Positions 19,193-28,814 of a stretch of 64,000 nucleotides of DNA are shown in pieces. Under the pieces are notes generated by a model, which was not told where the DNA came from, ran no database searches, and worked only from the letters and a program-made list of their open reading frames with translations. Made by a program: the position numbers and the translations under genes. Origin of the DNA: a virus; the IMG/VR virus record IMGVR_UViG_3300034102_001457, positions 15,858 to 79,857 of that record; one strand, given 5' to 3'. Position 1 is the stretch's first letter. The number at the start of each line of letters is the position of its first letter.

Positions 19193-20746
19193 GTGGCAAT
19201 ATCAACAATAGCATCAAACAGTACCTCGGTAGCATTACCAGACTTAGACGTATCGGTTTTTAGCAATCTAAATGCTGGATTGAACACAAGCCCTCAGATG
19301 CTGTCTATCCTACTGTCATCTACAGCAGCAGTTAGCTTAAGCGCTTCTATTGCACAGGTAGACTTAATTGATGATAATATTAAAAATAATGCTGTTACAA
19401 AAAACCCACCACTTCCTACATGGGCTACCTATACAAATAGATCTAACGAGCCAGCATTTGTTACTTACGGCAGCAACATGCAGCCTATGTTTGGCGGATA
19501 CTTAAGAGATGATACAGAAGGTCAAGACTGGCCTGATAGAGGTGCAAGATATACAAATACATCTCAAGGATCTAGAAGCACTGGACACTCTTCAGTAAAA
19601 GGAACTAACTTCCAGCAAGATGAAGGTAACTGGCTTGTACGTCTACCAGGACACGCCCCTGCTTCAGGTTCTGACGGTCAATTCTCACACTCAGTTTGGT
19701 ACAACATGGTTAATGAGTACTGGCCATTCTTTGGAACAATGATTCAAAAATCAGGAGTTCGTCCAAGAAATTCAATTTATTACAGAAACAACAACTTAGG
19801 AATATATCCTAGAAGCGGAGTTTCTCCACTAGAGCATGTTCCTATGAGCAGCACATACGCATCATGGACCAACACTAATACTGGATACACAGCTATTTCT
19901 TACAACGTTAGAACTAATACTCTAGCAGTTTTAGAGCCTAGAGATAACTCAAACAACTACAGACTTCATGTATGGAAAAACGCAAACCCTAATAGAGATT
20001 TAGATTCAGAAAACTATACAGCTGGAACTATGCACAGATTTTTGTTAGAAGCAAAAACTGCGGGAACACCAACAGCATTGACACAAACAGCTTATTACTA
20101 CTACAACGATTTTCAGTGGCAAGCTAGCTCATCTCAAAACTATGATGAGTCAAGAAGAAAAGCATACATTGTTATGGGAGATAACAACCTTGTTGGAATA
20201 GCAAGATTTGTTCCTTCAAACATAACTCACTATGCAACATTCCAGCCTAACTTTGCTACAACTTCTGGAACCCTAACTACCTTGAATGGTATTGGAAATA
20301 CAACATCATACGGAATTGAGCAAGGCACTTACTTCGGTATGCGCTACATGCAGACTTGGGACAATAACTGGTTTGCAGCTTATGCGCCATATTACTACTA
20401 TCAGTCAGGATTCAACTGTATTTGGTTTAACTCGCAAGACCCTTCAAAGTATTACATTTCACAATGGGGAAGCACCGACTGGGGAGCACAAATTGTTCCT
20501 TTCAAGAAGGATAAATTCCTTTTCCACGCAGGATCTTCTAACAACGACGGAAACGTAGGTATGAGACTATACGTTGTTGATTTAGGTGGACTTCTAAAAT
20601 ATGGACGGGACTCTGACGGAACAGCGCAGGCGAATGGTTCAAACATCAGCCTTTTCAAGTCAACCTTCACATACTCATTTGATACAAGATATCAGTCTAC
20701 AAATTATCCACTGATTGTTCCAATGGCTGAATGGACACACGGCTAA
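19193..20746 (+). CDS. Putative receptor-binding protein, paralogue B
   Basis: GTG start after TAGGAG; clear paralogy to 16929..18440. Confidence 0.6.
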   Translation: MAISTIASNSTSVALPDLDVSVFSNLNAGLNTSPQMLSILLSSTAAVSLSASIAQVDLIDDNIKNNAVTKNPPLPTWATYTNRSNEPAFVTYGSNMQPMFGGYLRDDTEGQDWPDRGARYTNTSQGSRSTGHSSVKGTNFQQDEGNWLVRLPGHAPASGSDGQFSHSVWYNMVNEYWPFFGTMIQKSGVRPRNSIYYRNNNLGIYPRSGVSPLEHVPMSSTYASWTNTNTGYTAISYNVRTNTLAVLEPRDNSNNYRLHVWKNANPNRDLDSENYTAGTMHRFLLEAKTAGTPTALTQTAYYYYNDFQWQASSSQNYDESRRKAYIVMGDNNLVGIARFVPSNITHYATFQPNFATTSGTLTTLNGIGNTTSYGIEQGTYFGMRYMQTWDNNWFAAYAPYYYYQSGFNCIWFNSQDPSKYYISQWGSTDWGAQIVPFKKDKFLFHAGSSNNDGNVGMRLYVVDLGGLLKYGRDSDGTAQANGSNISLFKSTFTYSFDTRYQSTNYPLIVPMAEWTHG

Positions 20747-20747
20747 A

Positions 20748-21044
20748 ATGTATTATGCGATACTTGACGGAGAAACTGTAAAGAGATCTGGAACACTAAA
20801 CACTTTATTTCCAAATTCCTCTTTTCCACTTTCAGGTCCTAATGACGACTTTAAAGAAGAGAATGATCTAGTTGAGGTTTTAGAATATTTAGAGCATGAC
20901 TCAGAAACACAGAAAATGATATTCTGCGACCCATACTTTTTAGATGGATCTGTTTATAGAGTTGAGCTTGTAGATTTTACTTCAGAAGAGCTAGAATCAA
21001 ATCTGGCTGGTATTGAAGAATTTGAATCCTTACAGGGGGAATAA
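20748..21044 (+). CDS. Small acidic protein, possible fibre chaperone
   Basis: ATG two bases after the RBP B stop; LFPNSSFP motif. Confidence 0.55.
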   Translation: MYYAILDGETVKRSGTLNTLFPNSSFPLSGPNDDFKEENDLVEVLEYLEHDSETQKMIFCDPYFLDGSVYRVELVDFTSEELESNLAGIEEFESLQGE

Positions 21045-21766
21045 TGTTAGTAAACCAGAGATCAGTATTTAAGAGATCAAGATACAGCCAGTTTGGCTTA
21101 CAGCTATGGCTAGACGGCACAGCTGTTGATAACTTTGAAGTAACTCCTGTTACAAACAAATGCTTCCTAGCAAAAGAAAGATCTCAGTATCTAAGAAATT
21201 TTGTGCAGGCAACTCCAGCAAATCAGCCTACTTACGTAATAGCAGCAATTAACTCATTGCCAGCACTAAGATTTGATGGCGTAAACCAATTCATGACATT
21301 CTCAGACCCTACACTATCATGGCTTGCAAATACATCTTTTACATTTTTTTATGTTGCAACCAAAACAGCAAAGACTGGCAGCTCATTTGTTATCGGAGGA
21401 CAAGGAGTGGCAACAAGATCTAACCTAGCTTTTGGTTATACTATTCCTACTTCATCCAGAGCTGTTTTTGGAAATGATGATATCAATGCTATTGTTCCAG
21501 CGGTAACTCCTGGACAACCAGAGCTTTATGCTATAAGATACGATAACACAAATAATAGAAGAGAAGTTAGAAGAAACGGTGTAACTGTAGCCCTTGGAGC
21601 CTCAGACGGAGCCCCATCTAACATGACAGGGCAGACAATCGGACGATACCTTTCTACATACGGACAGTTTGACCTAGGCGAAATACTTATTTACAACAGA
21701 GCAATAAGTGATTATGAAATGGGTCAGGTTGAAAGAGACCTTATTTCTAAGTGGACAATCGTCTAA
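21044..21766 (+). CDS. LamG/concanavalin A-like domain protein
   Basis: LQLWLDG...QATPANQPTY...INSLPALRFDG...GEILIYNRAIS...LISKW. Confidence 0.8.
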   Translation: MLVNQRSVFKRSRYSQFGLQLWLDGTAVDNFEVTPVTNKCFLAKERSQYLRNFVQATPANQPTYVIAAINSLPALRFDGVNQFMTFSDPTLSWLANTSFTFFYVATKTAKTGSSFVIGGQGVATRSNLAFGYTIPTSSRAVFGNDDINAIVPAVTPGQPELYAIRYDNTNNRREVRRNGVTVALGASDGAPSNMTGQTIGRYLSTYGQFDLGEILIYNRAISDYEMGQVERDLISKWTIV

Positions 21767-21775
21767 GGATAAAAA

Positions 21776-22108
21776 ATGGCATATGAACCCCAAAGATTTG
21801 TTGGCCCTTTAATACTAACTCAATTAGCAACTACCCCACTAGAGACCTTTGCTAACAAAGCAATTATAAAAAACATTATTGTTTCAAACATTTATAATGG
21901 AACATTAAAGTATTCTATCTATGTAGCCCCTGCTGGTGAAGACGCTCAAAATTATAACAAGGTTTTCCCAGACATGACAGCCCCAGAAAAATCTATTATC
22001 TCTCACGATGTTACAATAGTAGTAAATCCAGGAGACAGAATATTTGCTCAGGCTAGCATTCCAGGCGGTATCCTTCTTACCATTTCTGGCGTAGAAGTCA
22101 TTCCTTAA
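21776..22108 (+). CDS. Small beta-rich adaptor-like protein
   Basis: IIKNIIVSN...VNPGDRI...LTISGVE; paralogue of 16585..16902. Confidence 0.6.
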   Translation: MAYEPQRFVGPLILTQLATTPLETFANKAIIKNIIVSNIYNGTLKYSIYVAPAGEDAQNYNKVFPDMTAPEKSIISHDVTIVVNPGDRIFAQASIPGGILLTISGVEVIP

Positions 22109-22128
22109 ACACTTCTTTGTAAGTGTAG

Positions 22129-22134
22129 TATAAT
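22129..22134 (+). promoter_or_regulatory. -10 box, probable leaderless transcript
   Basis: TATAAT with a 6-nt gap to ATG 22141; no SD. Confidence 0.55.
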
Positions 22135-22140
22135 ATAATT

Positions 22141-23886
22141 ATGAGTTATGAACTGAAGGTAATCAAAGATTATCCGATTGGCTTTTGGCCTCTGGATGAG
22201 TCTTCGGGTACCACTGCCGCAGATATCTCTGGATGTGGAAATAACGCTACTTATGTAGGGTCTCCTGCATCTAATATGCTGCCAATTATTCCAGGCGGCG
22301 GGTCAGGAACAAAGATAACCAATACTGCTTATATAACAGTACCAACATCAAAAGACTTCTATGGTTCATCTGTTTCAAATGGGCTAGGCAACAAATATTC
22401 TTCAGACAATGACTTTACATTAGAGCTATGGGTAAGTCCATCTATTCAGTCATCTAACCTAACAACCTTATTTGCAGACACTACAGATAAAATTGGTTTG
22501 TATTGGGAAAAGGGAGATGTCGTATTTAAGGTTACCGACACAGAACAAATTAGGTGGGCTACAACTTATACCAAAAAGGCAATGCATATTGTAGGCATAT
22601 ATTCCGTAAGCTCTATTTCTTTATATATCGACGGAACTCAAGTAGCAAATAAAACCATAGACTCTAATTTTAAATTTACAAATACATCGCTAGATCTACA
22701 GATAGGACCAACTTCAGATGCGGGAGACTACCTTGTAGTAGATGCTCCAGCAGTTTATCGATATGGACTAAACGAGGCATCTATTAAAAGACATTATAAC
22801 GATGCTAATTATTACATTCAGCCAATACATGTTGTTAACCCAGAAGAAGGAGTTTTATTTTCTTGCTCTGACAGAACAAATAGAATAGATTTTAGTTACA
22901 CCTATGGGGTCGATACCGAATGGGATAGCCTTATAGATTCAAATACTTATTATGACGACAAAGGAAAGTATATTGGATTTATCCCAACCTCTACCCCCCA
23001 ATCAAAATCATATGTAATTGATGACTTTATTTTCATTCCAATGGAGTCAGGTTTTGTAAATTCTAAAATTGAATGGCGTAATGAATTAGGTATATCCGTT
23101 CAGACTAGCACTGATGGGGTAAGCTACCTAAACTGTGTAAATGGAGAAGCGGTGCCTCAGTATAGAAAGGGAAACTTTAATACAAGCGGTCTTCTATATA
23201 TTAAAATAACTATGTCTACCACAGACGCCAGCAAGTTCTTGCCAAGATTATCGTTTTTTTCAATTAAGTTTTATAGCCAGTCTAAAATTTATGCTGATAA
23301 TTTTAATAGTTATATTGAATCTAGCAATCAATTTGCCATAGGGTCCTTAAACTACTCTCCCCTGATGAGACATTATAATAATGGGATTAGGCCAAATTCA
23401 GGATATGGATTTGATATAAGTCCTAATTCAATTATAAATACAGTAGAGATGTTTTTTACTCCTAAAACAAATGGAGCCAATACTTTATTCTATGATCCAA
23501 TAACTGGCACCAAGTATGCCTGGAATGGGTCTGGCGTGGTCTCTAAGGCCTCTATAAGCAAAGTTTATATCAATGGGGTAGATAAGACCTCACAGACCAA
23601 TATAAGCAATTTCCTGGTCGCTGGAGAGCCTCACCACGTAGTTCTTGTATTTGATGGGGCTGTAAATGGACCCATTCAGTTTAATTATGAAAATACAGGC
23701 GGCCCAGATAATTTATACAACAACATATCGCTATATAATAGAGAGCTTACTCAGTCAGACGTTACTACCCATTTTGATTTATATTGCGGAAGACCTGCTT
23801 CTACAATAATAGATCCAGTAATGAGCCTGACAGAATTGCCTGCTGAATACTATGACAATGACTGGGTTGTGGTTCAAAGCGTATAA
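22141..23886 (+). CDS. LamG-domain virion protein
   Basis: PIGFWPLDESSGTTAADISG, DFTLELWV, LYIDGTQV; second partial LamG at the C-terminus. Confidence 0.8.
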   Translation: MSYELKVIKDYPIGFWPLDESSGTTAADISGCGNNATYVGSPASNMLPIIPGGGSGTKITNTAYITVPTSKDFYGSSVSNGLGNKYSSDNDFTLELWVSPSIQSSNLTTLFADTTDKIGLYWEKGDVVFKVTDTEQIRWATTYTKKAMHIVGIYSVSSISLYIDGTQVANKTIDSNFKFTNTSLDLQIGPTSDAGDYLVVDAPAVYRYGLNEASIKRHYNDANYYIQPIHVVNPEEGVLFSCSDRTNRIDFSYTYGVDTEWDSLIDSNTYYDDKGKYIGFIPTSTPQSKSYVIDDFIFIPMESGFVNSKIEWRNELGISVQTSTDGVSYLNCVNGEAVPQYRKGNFNTSGLLYIKITMSTTDASKFLPRLSFFSIKFYSQSKIYADNFNSYIESSNQFAIGSLNYSPLMRHYNNGIRPNSGYGFDISPNSIINTVEMFFTPKTNGANTLFYDPITGTKYAWNGSGVVSKASISKVYINGVDKTSQTNISNFLVAGEPHHVVLVFDGAVNGPIQFNYENTGGPDNLYNNISLYNRELTQSDVTTHFDLYCGRPASTIIDPVMSLTELPAEYYDNDWVVVQSV

Positions 23887-23887
23887 A

Positions 23888-23908
23888 TTTGTCACATTGA
23901 GTGACAAA
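23888..23908. promoter_or_regulatory. Inverted repeat, putative operator
   Basis: TTTGTCAC-N5-GTGACAAA immediately upstream of a promoter. Confidence 0.5.
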
Positions 23909-23912
23909 AAGC

Positions 23913-23941
23913 TGGACTTAGACAGTAAATAATGGTAAAAT
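23913..23941 (+). promoter_or_regulatory. Promoter for the head module (leaderless)
   Basis: TGGACT-N17-TAAAAT with extended TG; 7-nt gap to ATG 23949. Confidence 0.55.
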
Positions 23942-23948
23942 AAAACTT

Positions 23949-24287
23949 ATGGAAATGAATAACATACGTCGTCAAGTAATAGAAGAATCACCACTTGGGA
24001 TATATGTGTGGGAAATGCCTGATGGCAGATGGATTGGAGATGACGATGGGAACTTTCTTTCAGTCACGGCCAAAAAAGGAAATAGATCCCTCATCGATGC
24101 TTTGGCTAGAGAAGTTCGCTCATATGGCATATATGAAGGCGGGCCTAAGTTTCTTTCCGCTAGGCGCAAAATTAACGACGAAGAATTTGCAGAACAAAAG
24201 CAAAGACTTGAATGGGGACTAGTTCCAGATCCATTTGATATTGGAAACTATAAAGACGAAATTAAAAAGTTAGGTAAATTGAAATGA
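23949..24287 (+). CDS. Hypothetical protein preceding the portal
   Basis: 112-aa ORF coupled to the portal by an ATGA overlap. Confidence 0.7.
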   Translation: MEMNNIRRQVIEESPLGIYVWEMPDGRWIGDDDGNFLSVTAKKGNRSLIDALAREVRSYGIYEGGPKFLSARRKINDEEFAEQKQRLEWGLVPDPFDIGNYKDEIKKLGKLK

Positions 24288-25867
24288 CAAAGTATGTAGA
24301 AGATGATGACTCTCAGGATATTGTAGTTTCAAACGTAGCGGACTGGATGAAGTTTAATACTCCAAGAGAAGAAACAACTACAGATTTATTTAAAGTAAGT
24401 GGAGAAGAGCTTACAAAGATTTCAGGGCTTAGCCCAGCATTTCGTCGCAAGATGAATAGAGACCTTCAAAAAAGATTCCAGGGTATTGATGGAACAGAAA
24501 CTCAGCAGAACTTATTGCAGCAAGCAGTTACTGGCTACGCAATGTTTGATCTTGTTGAGCCTCCATACAACCTAGACTACCTATCAACTATTTACGAAAT
24601 TTCCCCATACAACTATTCAGCAATTAATGCTAAGGTTTCAAATATTGTGGGTCTTGGACACGACTTTATTGAAACACGTAAGACGCAAGAAGCTTTTGAT
24701 AATATTACAGATGATAAGTCATTAGAACGTGCCCGTCGTAAATTAAATCGTCTTCGCCAAGATCTTTATGACTGGCTAGAAGAATGTAATGAAGAAGAAA
24801 CATTTACTGAAACTTTAATTAAGGCTTACACAGATGTTGAAGCAACAGGCAATGGCTACATTGAAATCGGAAGAACGTCAGCAGGTAAGATTGGATATAT
24901 TGGACATATCCCAGCAAAGACAATGCGTGTGCGCCGCCTACGTGATGGCTTTATTCAATTGCTTTATGGCAAGGCAGTTTTCTTCCGCACATTTGGAGAT
25001 CAAGAAACAGAGAATCCAATTGCAGGCGGGCTAGATAGACCGAATGAAATTATTCACCTAAAGAAGTATACGCCTACAAATAACTATTACGGTATCCCAG
25101 ACATTGTGGCCTCATCAAATGCTATGGCAGGAAATGAATTTGCTGGAAAGTATAACCTAGATTACTTTGAAAACAAAGCAGTCCCTCGCTATATTATTAC
25201 AGTAAAAGGAGCAAAGCTTTCTACGGAGTCTGAGCGTAAGCTACTTGAGTTTTTCCAGGTTGGGTTAAGAGGAAAGAATCACAGATCCCTTTATATTCCG
25301 CTTCCACCAGATTCCCCAGATTCTAAAACTGAATTTAAGATGGAGCCAATTGAGGCAGGAACTCAAGAGTCTTCATTTAACGTATATCGTAAATCAAATA
25401 GAGACGAAATCCTTCTATCCCACCGTGTGCCAATTAATAAAATTGGAACCCCAGAAGGAGTTAACTTGGCGGTGGCAAGAGATGCCGATAAGACATTTAG
25501 AGAGCAAGTATGTCGTCCAGCACAAATGAATTTGGAAAAGAAATTAAATAAGATCATTGAAGAGATGACAGATGCCCTTATTCTTAAATTTAATGAGCTT
25601 ACCCTGACAGATGAAGACACTCAATCTAAAATTGATGAGCGTTATTTAAGAATGCAGGTAGTGACTCCTAATGAAATAAGAATTAGAATGGGCATGGTTC
25701 CACTTGAGGGTGGAGATAAAGTTGTTGAATTAAAGCCACAGGCACAGGCAGAGACCAGAGCACAGGCAGGCAAAACCAGAACTAGAGATTCTGAAAGGTC
25801 TGCAAATTCCCCCGATATTTCTGGAGAGGGAAGAAATGCTCAAGGAGATGGAAGACAAGTCGACTAA
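24284..25867 (+). CDS. Portal protein
   Basis: DVEATGNGYIEI, HIPAKTMR, NEIIHLK...YYGIP, YFENKAVP, HRVP...IG, TPNEIR; position before protease and capsid. Confidence 0.92.
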   Translation: MTKYVEDDDSQDIVVSNVADWMKFNTPREETTTDLFKVSGEELTKISGLSPAFRRKMNRDLQKRFQGIDGTETQQNLLQQAVTGYAMFDLVEPPYNLDYLSTIYEISPYNYSAINAKVSNIVGLGHDFIETRKTQEAFDNITDDKSLERARRKLNRLRQDLYDWLEECNEEETFTETLIKAYTDVEATGNGYIEIGRTSAGKIGYIGHIPAKTMRVRRLRDGFIQLLYGKAVFFRTFGDQETENPIAGGLDRPNEIIHLKKYTPTNNYYGIPDIVASSNAMAGNEFAGKYNLDYFENKAVPRYIITVKGAKLSTESERKLLEFFQVGLRGKNHRSLYIPLPPDSPDSKTEFKMEPIEAGTQESSFNVYRKSNRDEILLSHRVPINKIGTPEGVNLAVARDADKTFREQVCRPAQMNLEKKLNKIIEEMTDALILKFNELTLTDEDTQSKIDERYLRMQVVTPNEIRIRMGMVPLEGGDKVVELKPQAQAETRAQAGKTRTRDSERSANSPDISGEGRNAQGDGRQVD

Positions 25868-25884
25868 CCCTGCTCAACCATTAT

Positions 25885-25913
25885 TTGCCTTATATACGAT
25901 AACGTTATAAAAT
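25885..25913 (+). promoter_or_regulatory. Promoter for protease/scaffold/capsid (leaderless)
   Basis: TTGCCT-N17-TAAAAT; 7-nt gap to ATG 25921; no SD. Confidence 0.6.
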
Positions 25914-25920
25914 TAAGCAT

Positions 25921-27219
25921 ATGAACATTGAAAAATCCTTATGGTCTTCCAATGGCGATCAGATAGTTTTATCGGTCCCATTTACAAAAGTCAACCGTGA
26001 AAAGCGTACTGTCTCGGGCTTTGCAACACTAGACAACGTTGATCAGACAGGTGACGTAGTTACCATGGAAGCAAGCATTAAAGCTTTTGAAAATTTCCGT
26101 GGAAACATTCGTGAGATGCACAGCTCAAACGCAGTAGGCAAAATGATTTCATTTAAGCCAGAAACATACTATGATGCAAAGTCACAAGAATTTTACAACG
26201 GAGTTTATGTAGATGCATATGTTTCAAAAGGCGCTCAGGATACCTGGGAAAAAGTTCTAGACGGAACACTAACAGGATTTTCAATCGGCGGAAAGATCAT
26301 TGAATCAGACAACGAAGTTAACAAGTCAACTGGCAAGACTACAAGATTTATCAAAGATTACTCATTGATGGAACTTTCAATTGTCGACTCTCCAGCAAAC
26401 GAACTTTGCAACATCTTGTCTATATCTAAGATGAATGGCGAACTAATATTTAAAGGAATAGCAACTGAGGTTAAAGCAGAAAACATTTTTTATTGTGCAG
26501 ACTCAGACTCAGTATTTATTTCAACAGAAGCATCATACGATTCCCCAGTTACAGGAAAACCTGCAACACTAATTGGATGGGTAGAGTCAAACGATGTTAA
26601 CAAAGCAAAAGAAATAAACAAGATTCTTGATTTACATAAAAAATCAAGATTGTCCACGCCTGAAACACAAATTGCAAAACAGGCAGACATAGAAGGAGGT
26701 AATGAAGTGTCAGAGAATACAGAAAACACAACAGTCGAAGAGACTGTAGTAGCAGAAGCACCAGTTGTTGCTGAAGAAGCACCAGCAGTTGAAGAAGCAC
26801 CAGTAGAAGACGCTCCTGCCGAAACTCTAGAAAAAGCAGCCGATGTATCAGAAGTTATGGTTGATGAACCTGATTTTGCTAAAATGCTTGGCGACCTTAA
26901 GGGATTTTTCTCAGAGACATTGAATAAAGCTACAGAAGCAAATGCAGTACAGGTTTCAACAATTAAAGATACAGTTGAAGCGTTCAGCAAGAGCGTAGAT
27001 AGCCGAATTTCAGAGTTGGCAGAACAACACACAGCACTCTCAACTGCTGTTGAAAATATCAAGAACACGATTGATGGTGTACAGAAGCGTGTCGATGCAG
27101 TAGAATCAGAGACTGCAATTAAGAAGTCCTCTGACCTTGGCGGGTCTCAGGAAGTAATGATCAAAAAATCAAAGTGGAACGGTTCTTTCCTTGGTTCCGT
27201 GAACGAAATTTTTAACTAA
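25921..27219 (+). CDS. HK97-type prohead protease fused to a scaffold domain
   Basis: VSGFAT...DQTGD, REMH, TGFSIGG, ELSIVDSPAN; acidic and coiled-coil C-terminal half. Confidence 0.9.
   Translation: MNIEKSLWSSNGDQIVLSVPFTKVNREKRTVSGFATLDNVDQTGDVVTMEASIKAFENFRGNIREMHSSNAVGKMISFKPETYYDAKSQEFYNGVYVDAYVSKGAQDTWEKVLDGTLTGFSIGGKIIESDNEVNKSTGKTTRFIKDYSLMELSIVDSPANELCNILSISKMNGELIFKGIATEVKAENIFYCADSDSVFISTEASYDSPVTGKPATLIGWVESNDVNKAKEINKILDLHKKSRLSTPETQIAKQADIEGGNEVSENTENTTVEETVVAEAPVVAEEAPAVEEAPVEDAPAETLEKAADVSEVMVDEPDFAKMLGDLKGFFSETLNKATEANAVQVSTIKDTVEAFSKSVDSRISELAEQHTALSTAVENIKNTIDGVQKRVDAVESETAIKKSSDLGGSQEVMIKKSKWNGSFLGSVNEIFN
26707..27219 (+). CDS. Putative internally initiated scaffolding protein (170 aa)
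   Basis: AAGGAGGT at 26693-26700, 6 nt before an in-frame GTG at the start of the acidic region. Confidence 0.6.
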   Translation: MSENTENTTVEETVVAEAPVVAEEAPAVEEAPVEDAPAETLEKAADVSEVMVDEPDFAKMLGDLKGFFSETLNKATEANAVQVSTIKDTVEAFSKSVDSRISELAEQHTALSTAVENIKNTIDGVQKRVDAVESETAIKKSSDLGGSQEVMIKKSKWNGSFLGSVNEIFN

Positions 27220-27243
27220 AATAAAGGTAGGTGAAAATATAAA

Positions 27244-28293
27244 ATGAGTAATGAAAACTTAGAAAAAGCTATCGCTGCAGGTACAACTGCAACAGGTACT
27301 TTTGCAGGAGTTACAGGTGTCGGCGGTCAGCATAAAGCTGGCGAGTCAGGCAATGCTGGTCTCCTAAACGCAGAACAATCAGCTCGCTTCCTGGACTACA
27401 TGTTCGACGCTACCGTAATTGGTAAGGTCGCCCGTACAGTTCGTATGAAGGCAGACACATCTGAGATTGATCGTATGTCCGTTGGTGAGAAGCTTATGAA
27501 GCTTGCAACCGAAGGTGACAATACAGCCGTAAATGGCGCAGTAACTTTCTCAAAAATCTCTTTGACAACAAAGAAACTCCGCATGGATTGGGAGCTTTCA
27601 ACAGAGTCTCTAGAAGATAACATCGAAGGTGCAGATCTTGAAGATCATATTGCACGTTTGATGGCAACACAGGCAGGTAATGACATTGAAGATGTAATCC
27701 TCAATGGAGATACTGCACTAACAGGCGATGCCCTATACAAGTCATTTGATGGCGTTGTAAAGAAGGCAAAGGCTAATGCACACGTAGTAGATGCTCTTGG
27801 AGCAGGCGTAAGCCGTGAGTTGTTTAACAAGGCACTCAAGGCAATGCCACGTAAGTACAAGCAACGTCGTGCAGACCTTCGCTTCCTAGCAGGATCAAAC
27901 CTGATTCAGGATTTCCTATATGCTAACAGCATTGGAACAAACCAAACAATTCCACAAGATATCGCATCAAGCGTAATCCGTGGTGGAACTGCACCTCTAG
28001 GTGGACCAGCAGGATATGTGGCACCATTCGCATTCGGTATTCCGATTGTTGAAGTACCACTTCTTAATGAGACACAGACAGGTTCATACACATCTCCATC
28101 AGGAGTACACGGCGACGTCCACTTGACATTCCCAAATAACGTAGTTATTGGTATCAAGCGTGATGTAACAGTTTACCGCTTCTTCGAGCCACGTAAGGAC
28201 TCAATCGAGTACACATTGTATACTCGTGTTGGCGTTCAAATCGAGCAGGCAGACGCCTGGGTAGTTGTTCGCAACGTTAAGGTTGCTTCCTAA
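27244..28293 (+). CDS. Major capsid protein
   Basis: 349 aa after protease/scaffold; ELSTESLEDNIEG, EDVILNGD, FGIPIVEVP; followed by a strong terminator. Confidence 0.92.
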   Translation: MSNENLEKAIAAGTTATGTFAGVTGVGGQHKAGESGNAGLLNAEQSARFLDYMFDATVIGKVARTVRMKADTSEIDRMSVGEKLMKLATEGDNTAVNGAVTFSKISLTTKKLRMDWELSTESLEDNIEGADLEDHIARLMATQAGNDIEDVILNGDTALTGDALYKSFDGVVKKAKANAHVVDALGAGVSRELFNKALKAMPRKYKQRRADLRFLAGSNLIQDFLYANSIGTNQTIPQDIASSVIRGGTAPLGGPAGYVAPFAFGIPIVEVPLLNETQTGSYTSPSGVHGDVHLTFPNNVVIGIKRDVTVYRFFEPRKDSIEYTLYTRVGVQIEQADAWVVVRNVKVAS

Positions 28294-28316
28294 TTAATTA
28301 GGATTTAACCAGCTGG

Positions 28317-28346
28317 AAAGGCCCCCAATTAATTTTGGGGGCTTTT
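28317..28346 (+). terminator. Rho-independent terminator after the capsid gene
   Basis: AAAGGCCCCCAA-ttaatt-TTGGGGGCTTTT. Confidence 0.85.
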
Positions 28347-28362
28347 CATTTTAATTTAACAA

Positions 28363-28371
28363 TGCTATAAT
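28363..28371 (+). promoter_or_regulatory. Extended -10 promoter
   Basis: TGcTATAAT just after the terminator, upstream of AGGAG and ATG 28399. Confidence 0.6.
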
Positions 28372-28398
28372 TGCTTTAAGTAGAAATAGGAGATTTGC

Positions 28399-28800
28399 AT
28401 GTCATTTGAGACATTAAAGATATCAGAGCTAAAAAAGATTGCAGAAGACTTTGCAGTCGATGCCGACGGCCTAAAGACTAAAGCCGACATTGTTGCCGCT
28501 CTTGCAGAAGAGGGCGTTACTTGGTCTGTATATAACAGCACTATTAAAAAGATAGAAGAAGAGTCAGAAGATATGTCAGTAGAAATATTGCCAAAGTTTG
28601 ATCCAAAAGCAGCACAGCCAGAAAACACAGTATTAGTAAGAATGACAAGAGAGAACTTTAGATTTGATATTATGGGAGTCACCTTCACAAAAGAACACCC
28701 ATTCGTAGCAGTATCTGAAGATGTAGCACAAGAAATTTTTGATAAGGAGGAGGGCTTTAGATTAGCGTCTCCCAGAGAAGTACAGGAGTACTACAGTTAA
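28399..28800 (+). CDS. Hypothetical head-module protein with a Rho-N/HeH-like N-terminus
   Basis: FETLKISELKKIAEDFAV...KADIVAAL. Confidence 0.6.
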   Translation: MSFETLKISELKKIAEDFAVDADGLKTKADIVAALAEEGVTWSVYNSTIKKIEEESEDMSVEILPKFDPKAAQPENTVLVRMTRENFRFDIMGVTFTKEHPFVAVSEDVAQEIFDKEEGFRLASPREVQEYYS

Positions 28801-28814
28801 TCTAAGCCTATAAA

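Noticed and set aside
23949-24287. Terminase subunit, by position before the portal
   Set aside because: No terminase motifs recognised; the terminase is presumably outside the window
26490-27068. 192-aa minus-strand ORF and the other minus-strand ORFs in the track
   Set aside because: Antisense shadows of well-supported + strand genes, with no recognisable motifs
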